Positions 57,125-64,000 of a stretch of DNA of 64,000 bases are shown piece by piece. The notes beneath the pieces were generated by a model, which saw nothing but the letters and a program-made list of their open reading frames with translations, did not search any database and was not told the origin of the DNA. The position numbers and the translations under genes are program-made. The DNA comes from an uncultured bacterium. GTDB lineage: Bacteria > Chloroflexota > UBA5177 > JANWHV01. The stretch spans positions 704,001-768,000 of the forward strand of contig CAWHAE010000012.1 in NCBI GenBank assembly GCA_963827235.1, in the 5' to 3' direction. How positions within the stretch are numbered: the stretch's first letter is position 1; each line of letters begins with the position of its first letter.

Positions 57125-57353
57125 GCGGCCTGAGTCGCCATAGTCCGATATTTCAACACAACCTTCAGAGGAAACGCCGTACGAGGCCGGCCTTCCCAAT
57201 GGCCCTGCCGCAGGCGGCGGCCAGGATAGAACGTCCACGCGGCGGCTGGGACCGCCTATAATGGTGGCGAGCGCGCAGTCGGCCCAGGGTCTACTCGGGG
57301 CGTGCGTAGCGGTCAATGGATATGTCCGGTTAACTCAAGCGAGGAGCAGTGCC

Positions 57354-57830
57354 ATGACGAGCGTCAAGGATGCCGCGGGAGAATTCCTGGCCAAGAAGCG
57401 GATCGCCGTGACGGGGGTGTCGCGGCACGGAAAGAACCATGGCAGCAACGCGGTGTATCAGCGACTGCGTGCGCGGGGCTACACGGTCTTCGCCGTGAAC
57501 CCAAACGCCGACAAGGTGGAGGGCGACACCTGCTATCACGACCTGGCGTCTATCCCCGGCGGCGTGGAAGCAGTGGTGATCGGGACCAGACCGGATTTCG
57601 CGGAAGCAACCATGCGCGAGTGTGCCGCGCTCGGTATCAAGCAGGTGTGGATGCACCGCGCCTTCGGCGGCGGCAGCGTGTCCGCGGCAGCCACGACGTA
57701 CGGCCGCGGCCAGGGCATCACCGTGATCGACGGCGGCTGTCCCCTGATGTTCGGTGCCACTGCCGACCCGTTCCACAAGGCGATGCGGTTCGTGTGCACG
57801 CTGACGGGCGCGGCGCCCCGGAAAGTCTAG
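57354..57830 (+). CDS. CoA-binding protein (YccU-like)
   Basis: IAVTGVSR, AVNP, CYHDL..IP, VWM, CP.MF; GAGGAG RBS. Confidence 0.9.
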   Translation: MTSVKDAAGEFLAKKRIAVTGVSRHGKNHGSNAVYQRLRARGYTVFAVNPNADKVEGDTCYHDLASIPGGVEAVVIGTRPDFAEATMRECAALGIKQVWMHRAFGGGSVSAAATTYGRGQGITVIDGGCPLMFGATADPFHKAMRFVCTLTGAAPRKV

Positions 57831-57949
57831 AGTCTCATCCAGGCGGACGGCCCGGCGGATGCGGTCCGCCGTGCCATCCGCGCCGGCGCCGGGCCGCGGC
57901 GACTCGATCGGCCGCGGCACGGACACGGCGCCCGTGCGCCTCTATGTGA

Positions 57950-59056
57950 TTAGCCCCACATGCCTTCCACCGCGTCCGCCGGCATGCCGTCCGGTCGGGC
58001 GCAAGTGCTGGCAAGATCGACGTGACGCCCGGCGTTTGAGGCGTCCTCGATCGATGCCATGATGTCAAGCACGTGGAATGCGAGCGCGCCACTGGCACGA
58101 TGGGCCCGGCCGGAGCGAATAGCCTGTGCCATGTCGGCCAGGCCCAGCCCGCGGCTGTTGCGCGTGTAGCCGTGCGTCAGCGGCACCTCTTCCCACTCGG
58201 CCGCGCCGGGCTTGCGCAGCAGCACCGGACCGCCGAAGCCGTTGGGATCGGGCACGGAAAGTGATGCTTCGCTGCCGTAGATCTCGATCCACGGCACATG
58301 CGCCGCCCAGACGTCGAAGCTGGTGACAATGGTGCCGATCGCGCCCTGAGCGAAGTCGAGCACGCCGGCCACGTGAGTCGGCACTTCCACCGTGATCGTG
58401 GTTCCGTGCTTGGGCTGGCTGGTGATCGTGCGTTCGGCAAAGCTCACCCGCGTGGAGCCCGTGACCCGGCGGACCGGGCCGAGCAGCGACACCAGCGCCG
58501 TGAGATAGTAGGGCCCCATGTCATACATCGGTCCACCGCCGCGTTGGTAGTAGAAGGTGGGGTCAGGGTGCCAGCTCTCGTGGCCATGGCAGAGCATGAA
58601 GGCAGTGGCCGCTACCGGTTGGCCGATCCGGCCGTCGTCGATAAGCTTGCGGCACGTCTGCAGACCACCGCCCATGAACGTATCCGGAGCGCAACCGACA
58701 AGCAGGTGCCCTGCCTCGGCCTCCCGCAGCAGAGTCCGCGCGTCGGCTCTGGAAAGCGAGAGCGGCTTCTCATTGTAGACGTGTTTGCCCGCGGCGACAG
58801 CCTTGCGTGCCACGACCGCATGGGAGGCCGGTGTGGTCAGATTGAGTACCAGCTCGACCGCGGGATCGGCGAGCAGCTCGCCAACCGAGCACGCATTCGT
58901 GCCGAATTCCTGCGCTCTCGCTTGGGCCCGCGACATGTCGAGATCCGAGCAGCCCACAAGCTTGAGCACGTCATGCCGCGGCACGTTTTCCAGGTAGATG
59001 CTGCTGATGTTGCCGCATCCGACGATGCCGACGCCTACCGGACCGGCGGTCTTCAT
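57950..59056 (-). CDS. Gfo/Idh/MocA family oxidoreductase
   Basis: [35 protein letters not shown]. Confidence 0.93.
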   Translation of the reverse strand: MKTAGPVGVGIVGCGNISSIYLENVPRHDVLKLVGCSDLDMSRAQARAQEFGTNACSVGELLADPAVELVLNLTTPASHAVVARKAVAAGKHVYNEKPLSLSRADARTLLREAEAGHLLVGCAPDTFMGGGLQTCRKLIDDGRIGQPVAATAFMLCHGHESWHPDPTFYYQRGGGPMYDMGPYYLTALVSLLGPVRRVTGSTRVSFAERTITSQPKHGTTITVEVPTHVAGVLDFAQGAIGTIVTSFDVWAAHVPWIEIYGSEASLSVPDPNGFGGPVLLRKPGAAEWEEVPLTHGYTRNSRGLGLADMAQAIRSGRAHRASGALAFHVLDIMASIEDASNAGRHVDLASTCARPDGMPADAVEGMWG

Positions 59057-59763
59057 GCCCCGACCTCCCGCACCTCGCCGCCGGCGTCGGACCGGGCGAG
59101 CGACTCCGCGTGCGCTGCCCAGAGCAGGCCGCGCAGACAGATGCGCAGCACCTCGGGTCGCTGCACCACGTGGGCGTGGTGACCGAGCGAGCAGTAGAAC
59201 ACCCGGCCGTTGCCCCAGAGCCGCGTCCAGACCACCGGTACGTCGACGGGACCGTTCACCGCGTGTGGACCGCCCACTACCGGGAAGCGAGTGGTCGCCA
59301 GGACTCTGTTCGCTGGGTCCACGTGCATGTAGTATTGCTCGGTCTCCACATTGAAGTCCCGCGAGCCCTGCGTGACGAAGTGCGTGTCGTCCGTGATCGT
59401 GATCGTGTGCGCGACGCCATCGCCGCCGGGATGGGCTACCCACTGGCCGCCAGTCATGAACTGGTAGTCGGGGGCGTCGCGGAACGCATCGCACATCCCG
59501 CCGTGGCATCCGCCCAGCCCGACGCCTGCCTCCACGGCAGCCAGCAGGTTCGTCAGGTGCTCTGAGCCTATGGAGCCCATGGTCCATACGGGAACGATGA
59601 GGTCCAGTCCGTGCAGCTCCTCGTGGTCCAGCAAGACATCCAGCGTGTCGGAGACAGTTACCGCGAAATCGTAGTCCCGGAGTCCCGCGGCGAAGACGTC
59701 GGATACTTGCTGGGGCTCGTGGCCATCCCAGCCACCCCAGATAATCAGCGCGCGCTTTGTCAT
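59053..59763 (-). CDS. ThuA domain protein
   Basis: [46 protein letters not shown]. Confidence 0.9.
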   Translation of the reverse strand: MTKRALIIWGGWDGHEPQQVSDVFAAGLRDYDFAVTVSDTLDVLLDHEELHGLDLIVPVWTMGSIGSEHLTNLLAAVEAGVGLGGCHGGMCDAFRDAPDYQFMTGGQWVAHPGGDGVAHTITITDDTHFVTQGSRDFNVETEQYYMHVDPANRVLATTRFPVVGGPHAVNGPVDVPVVWTRLWGNGRVFYCSLGHHAHVVQRPEVLRICLRGLLWAAHAESLARSDAGGEVREVGA

Positions 59764-59881
59764 GTTGCGGCCCTCTCCATGCATTGTGTGACGCTCGGTG
59801 CCAGTAACCATACTACCCGACCGACCGGTCGCCGTGGGTGCCGCCGGCGGCATCGGAATCGGGCGCGCATGATCACCCCGA

Positions 59882-59937
59882 TTGACAACGCCAGGCCTCC
59901 GCACTATAGTTGCAAGTATTATCGATAACGATTTCGA
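59882..59937 (+). promoter_or_regulatory. Sigma70 promoter with a LacI operator
   Basis: TTGACA-17 nt-TATAGT; palindrome TCGATAACGATTTCGA (59922-59937) with central CG. Confidence 0.8.
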
Positions 59938-59957
59938 ACGTCGCAGCGGAGATCAGC

Positions 59958-60986
59958 ATGGAGCGAACGTCCGTCCGCCGGCGGCTGACGATCAACGATA
60001 TTGCCCGCGCTGCAGGCGTCTCTGTCCCCACCGTATCGAAAGTGGTGAACGGGCGGTCCGACGTGGCCGCGGCGACACGCGAGCACGTGCAGCGAGTGAT
60101 CAGCGAGCTAGGTTACGTCACGGGAAGGGCCGCTCGCTCGCTTCGCCACGGCTCGAGCGGACTGATCGATTTAGCGGTGGAGGCGCTCGACAGCGAGTAC
60201 GTTCTGGAGATCATCCGCGGCATAGAGGAGGCTTTGGAGCCGACCGGGCTGCGTCTCGTTCTCTCAGTCACCGGTATCGACCCGCGCCGGGAACGGCAGT
60301 GGGTGAACAAGGTTACCGACGGCTCGACGGACGGTGCCATCCTCGTCCTCGCGCGCGGGCAGTCGGCCCAGCTCGAGGAGCTGAGCAAGCGCGCTATCCC
60401 CTTTGTCGTCGTCGACCACCGGAGCGAGACCGGACCCGACATCCCGTCCGTCGGCGCCACGAATTTCGCCGGCGGCTGGGCAGCTACCGAGCATCTCCTG
60501 TCGCTCGGGCATCGCCGCATTGCCGCGATCGGCGGGCCTGAGGACATGCGTTGCAGCCAGGAGCGCATCGCCGGCTATCGTGCCGCTCTGGAGGCGGCGG
60601 GAGCAGTGATCGATCCGGCACTGATCCGCAACGGCACATTTCACCTCGAGGGGGGTGAGGCAGAAACGAAGGCGCTGCTGGCGCTGCCTGATCCGCCGAC
60701 TGCCATATTTGCCGGCAGCGACTTGCAGGCCCTGGGCGTGTACAACGCCCTGCGCACCGCCGGCGTACAGGTGCCGGACCGCATGAGCATCGTCGGTTTC
60801 GACGACGTGCCCATGGCCGCGTGCACCAGCCCGCCGCTCACCACGGTGCGGCAGCCCCTGGCTGAGATGGGACGCGTGGCTACCACCATGCTGGTACGCC
60901 TGTTGGCCGGCGAGCAGCTCGGCAGTGTGAGGGTGGAGCTTGCCACCTCGCTGGTGAGACGCGAATCCTGCGCACCGCCCGAGTGA
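59958..60986 (+). CDS. LacI family transcriptional regulator
   Basis: TINDIARAAGVSVPTVSKVVNG, PTAIFAGSD, VGFDD, LTTVRQP. Confidence 0.96.
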   Translation: MERTSVRRRLTINDIARAAGVSVPTVSKVVNGRSDVAAATREHVQRVISELGYVTGRAARSLRHGSSGLIDLAVEALDSEYVLEIIRGIEEALEPTGLRLVLSVTGIDPRRERQWVNKVTDGSTDGAILVLARGQSAQLEELSKRAIPFVVVDHRSETGPDIPSVGATNFAGGWAATEHLLSLGHRRIAAIGGPEDMRCSQERIAGYRAALEAAGAVIDPALIRNGTFHLEGGEAETKALLALPDPPTAIFAGSDLQALGVYNALRTAGVQVPDRMSIVGFDDVPMAACTSPPLTTVRQPLAEMGRVATTMLVRLLAGEQLGSVRVELATSLVRRESCAPPE

Positions 60987-61124
60987 TGACGGCCGGGCGT
61001 CACCGCCCGTCAGAGAGTGAAAGGAGGCTCGAAGGCCAGGAAGGGCCAGGATCTGACAAGTCACATCTCTTGCAAGGACTACTTACTTGCCACTTCCCAC
61101 ACGCAGCAAACGGGAGGTCCACTG

Positions 61125-62447
61125 GTGAACATCCATCGTACGAAGGCCGTACGCGCCCTGGTGTGCCCGCTCGTGATCGCGGGGCTCGTCCTCGCGCCGT
61201 ACGTGCGACCTGCGGCTCCTTCGCATGCCGCGTCGCCGGTCACGGTGACCGTCTGGGACATTCAGCAAGGCGTGCAGCAGACGGAGATCAAGGCACAGGC
61301 GGCCGCCTTCAACAAGGCGAACCCAGGCATCAAGGTGCAATACAGCTTCTACCAGAACGATCCGTACAAGACCGCGCTGTCGATAGCGATGGGTGCCAAG
61401 AAGGGCCCAGACATCTTCATGGGCTGGGGCGGCGGCATCCTCAAGAGCTACATAGACGCTGGCGACGTGGTGGATCTGACAAGCGCCCTCAGCGCCGATT
61501 CGGCCTGGAAGAACAAGTACACCCCGTCCGTCCTGGGCCCGGTGACGTTCGGCGGCCACATTTACGGCGTGCCGTACAATGCGACGACGCCGGAAGTCCT
61601 GTTCTACAACAAGGACATCTTCAAGAAGTACAGCATCGCCATCCCGACCACCTGGCCTCAGCTCGAACAGGTGATCAAGACACTGCAGGGTCACAACGTC
61701 ATCCCGTTCTCGCTCGACGGCAAGTCGGAGTGGCCCGAGATGATCGTGTTGCAGTACTTGGCGGATCGCATTGGCGGTAGCCAAGCCTTGAACGGCATCG
61801 CGCTGCGCCAGCCCGGTGCCACTTTCGACAGCAAACCATGGGTCGACGCCTTCACCCTGGCCCAAGGCCTGGTCAAGGAGAACGCCTTCGAGCCAGGCTT
61901 TGCGTCGTCCAACTACGACACAAATGACTCCGCTCAGCTCTTCTACGCCGGCCGGACCGCCATGATGTTCATGGGAGTCTGGCAAATCGGCAACGCGCAG
62001 AGCAACGCCCCCAAGTTCGTGTCCAAGATGGGCTTCTTCCCCGTGCCCGCGGTACCCGGTGGCAAGGGCGACGTCAACGACATCGTGGGTGTGCCTGCCA
62101 ATTACTACTCGCTCAATGCCAACAGCAAAGTGCAGGCCGCCGCGATCGAGTACCTGAAGACTACACTCAATCCGTCGTTCTCGTCGTGGATCCTGTCTCA
62201 GGGGCAGGTACCGCCCGTGCAGGGCCTGGATACCAGCAAGATGACCGATCCGTTGATTAAGGGGCAGGTGACTCTGCTGGCCAAGGCGCCAAGCTACCAG
62301 CTCGCCCTCGATCAGCTGATGCCACCGCAGCTGGCCAATGATTTCCTCGACTTCACCGGCAAGCTGTTTGCGCTGACCATCACGCCACAGCAATTCGCCT
62401 CACAGATGCAGGCTGACACAGCCGCCTACTTCGCCAGCCACCACTGA
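61125..62447 (+). CDS. Carbohydrate ABC transporter substrate-binding protein
   Basis: GGGAGG RBS; signal peptide ending SHA-A; PDIF..WGGG, YGVP, FYNK..F, F..G.TAM...G.W. Confidence 0.93.
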   Translation: MNIHRTKAVRALVCPLVIAGLVLAPYVRPAAPSHAASPVTVTVWDIQQGVQQTEIKAQAAAFNKANPGIKVQYSFYQNDPYKTALSIAMGAKKGPDIFMGWGGGILKSYIDAGDVVDLTSALSADSAWKNKYTPSVLGPVTFGGHIYGVPYNATTPEVLFYNKDIFKKYSIAIPTTWPQLEQVIKTLQGHNVIPFSLDGKSEWPEMIVLQYLADRIGGSQALNGIALRQPGATFDSKPWVDAFTLAQGLVKENAFEPGFASSNYDTNDSAQLFYAGRTAMMFMGVWQIGNAQSNAPKFVSKMGFFPVPAVPGGKGDVNDIVGVPANYYSLNANSKVQAAAIEYLKTTLNPSFSSWILSQGQVPPVQGLDTSKMTDPLIKGQVTLLAKAPSYQLALDQLMPPQLANDFLDFTGKLFALTITPQQFASQMQADTAAYFASHH

Positions 62448-62462
62448 GCCCAACCGTCTAGC

Positions 62463-62495
62463 GGCGAGGGCCGTGCTCTGCGCACGGCCCTCGCC
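62463..62495. other. Intercistronic hairpin after the binding-protein gene (likely mRNA stabiliser)
   Basis: GGCGAGGGCCGTGC / GCACGGCCCTCGCC 14-bp stem. Confidence 0.7.
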
Positions 62496-62508
62496 AAGCA
62501 GGATCCAC

Positions 62509-63435
62509 ATGAGCCAGCTTTCTCACGCCCGCCACGCCGAGAGTGCGGCGCTGCTGTCGGCACGCAAGCGAGCCCGGCGCCGTCTGGGTGTCGTCCTTCT
62601 TTTCGTCCTTCCTGCGCTCCTCATGTACAGCCTGTACACGCTCTATCCCGTGGCCACATCCATCTGGTACTCACTGCTGGACTGGAACGGCATCTCCGCG
62701 GGAAGATTCGTCGGCCTGGATAACTGGCGGCGCCTCTTCCAGGACGACAATGTGCTCAGCTCTCTGCGCAACACGCTGATCATCCTGGTCGCTTCGTTCA
62801 CGGTTGAGGTTCCGCTCGGTCTGGCCCTGGCACTTCTCGTCCAGCGGCTGGGACGCTTGGGTTCGGCGCTCTCCAGCCTGTTTGTCGTGCCGCTACTGAT
62901 CTCTTCAGTGGCCATAGGCATCACCTGGAGCTTTCTCTACAACCCCAATTTCGGCCCGCTCTACTATCTCTACGACGCATTCGGACAGCAGGCGCCCGGC
63001 CTGCTGGGCAGCCCGTCATGGGCCATCTGGGCAGTGACCATAGTCGTACTCTGGCAATACATACCTCTGTACATGCTGCTGTTCAACGCCGGGCTCATGG
63101 CTATCCCCCGTGAGCTCTACGATTCGGCAGCAATCGACGGCGCCGGCGGCTGGATACGGTTTTCCCTGATCACTGTTCCTTTGTTGCGACGCACGTTCGT
63201 CACGGCGTCCGTCCTGATCCTGACCGGCTCCCTGGTGTACTTCGACCTCGTCTACGTGATGACCGGCGGCGGACCCGGCAACGCCTCCTACACGCTGGCA
63301 ATGTACGTCTACCGCTCAGCCTTCCAGGACCAGAACGTTGGCTACGGCTCGACGGTCGCCGTCCTGCTGTTCGGCCTGTCGTTCATACTCTCCGCCGTGA
63401 TCGTCCGTTTCTCTCGCCTGCTGCAGGGAGACTAG
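62509..63435 (+). CDS. Carbohydrate ABC transporter permease
   Basis: FVGLDNW, EAA-loop ELYDSAAIDGA, MTGGGPG. Confidence 0.95.
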   Translation: MSQLSHARHAESAALLSARKRARRRLGVVLLFVLPALLMYSLYTLYPVATSIWYSLLDWNGISAGRFVGLDNWRRLFQDDNVLSSLRNTLIILVASFTVEVPLGLALALLVQRLGRLGSALSSLFVVPLLISSVAIGITWSFLYNPNFGPLYYLYDAFGQQAPGLLGSPSWAIWAVTIVVLWQYIPLYMLLFNAGLMAIPRELYDSAAIDGAGGWIRFSLITVPLLRRTFVTASVLILTGSLVYFDLVYVMTGGGPGNASYTLAMYVYRSAFQDQNVGYGSTVAVLLFGLSFILSAVIVRFSRLLQGD

Positions 63436-63438
63436 ACC

Positions 63439-64000
63439 GTGGCACAGGTTGTCGAACCTTCGAGGCAGAATGCCCGTGCGGGCCGCGTCTGGGAACGGGC
63501 CCTGTTGGCGCTGGCCACGTTGATCTGGCTGGCCGTCGTGCTGATACCCGTCTCCTACGCCGTGGTTCAGACGTTCAAGACGCAGTCGGACGCGTTGTCG
63601 TCAAATCCCTGGTCGCTGAGCACCCCTACCTTGTCCAACTATCAGACTGTATGGGGCACCCAGCTTCTGCGCTACCTGCTGAACTCGGTGGTTACCTCGG
63701 TGGGCGCCGTCCTGCTCTCGCTCCTGCTCGGATCGCTGGCGGCGTACGCCCTCTCGCGCCTGCCGCACCGCTTCAACATCGTGCTCTATCTGCTGTTCGT
63801 GTCCGGCCTGGCAGTGCCCATTTACGCCGCGATCATTCCGATCTATCGCTTCGAGGCGGTCACCACCGGTCTGTACGACACGCTGCCCGGTCTGCTGCTG
63901 CCCTACGCCGGAACCGGCCTGCCGATCACCATCTTCATCCTCACGGCGTTTATGCGCGGCATTCCCGATGAGCTCGAGCAGGCCATGCAGATGGACGGCG
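63439..64000 (+). CDS. Second carbohydrate ABC permease (3' end outside the window)
   Basis: GTG 63439; NY..VW, NS, AAYALSRL, FMRGIPDELEQAMQMDG. Confidence 0.9.
   Translation, partial: MAQVVEPSRQNARAGRVWERALLALATLIWLAVVLIPVSYAVVQTFKTQSDALSSNPWSLSTPTLSNYQTVWGTQLLRYLLNSVVTSVGAVLLSLLLGSLAAYALSRLPHRFNIVLYLLFVSGLAVPIYAAIIPIYRFEAVTTGLYDTLPGLLLPYAGTGLPITIFILTAFMRGIPDELEQAMQMDG

Noticed and set aside
1-64000. Long antisense or overlapping ORFs in the ORF track (e.g. 2086-3033, 16461-17708, 61083-62393)
   Set aside because: These are shadow ORFs of real genes, expected from high-GC codon bias
1-64000. tRNA, rRNA, CRISPR arrays, IS elements, integrases and prophage genes
   Set aside because: None recognised by eye; a tRNAscan or cmscan run would be needed to exclude short RNAs fully

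Overview
High-GC bacterial chromosome segment, most likely from a Chloroflexota-like soil bacterium (inferred from gene repertoire and protein style, not proven). No rRNA, tRNA, CRISPR array, transposase or prophage was seen. About 55 CDSs are present: the uvrB 3' end, alaS, a site-2 protease, amtB, a yihY-aat-rnhB-CPBP-hydrolase-DUF1835 run, a mazEF-like pair placed directly in front of prkA-yhbH-spoVR, marR-yceI, an ECF sigma/anti-sigma/ABC operon, kbaZ/gatZ, an amidohydrolase, a sirtuin, chdC, yyaL, ybjQ, an HD hydrolase, NSAR/OSBS with a GNAT, an MprF-like protein, MocR with an AhpD-like gene, a probable GH149 phosphorylase, an S53 peptidase, a GH1 glucosidase, cheX, a D-lyxose isomerase, a sugar C-methyltransferase with DUF4910, and a LacI-regulated sugar ABC locus. 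Several genes are broken by apparent 1-nt insertions, which may be sequencing errors. The best candidate for a new system is at amtB, which has no adjacent glnK. It is bracketed by two paralogous units, each with a near-identical sigma70 promoter, a structured leader of about 310-330 nt that shares a covarying hairpin plus a 19-nt motif, and a 41-45 aa single-helix membrane peptide. The peptides share the core FAAHVVAWVALP, where 8 of 12 codons differ and every difference is synonymous. Leader 1 also contains an ANTAR-like antiterminator.
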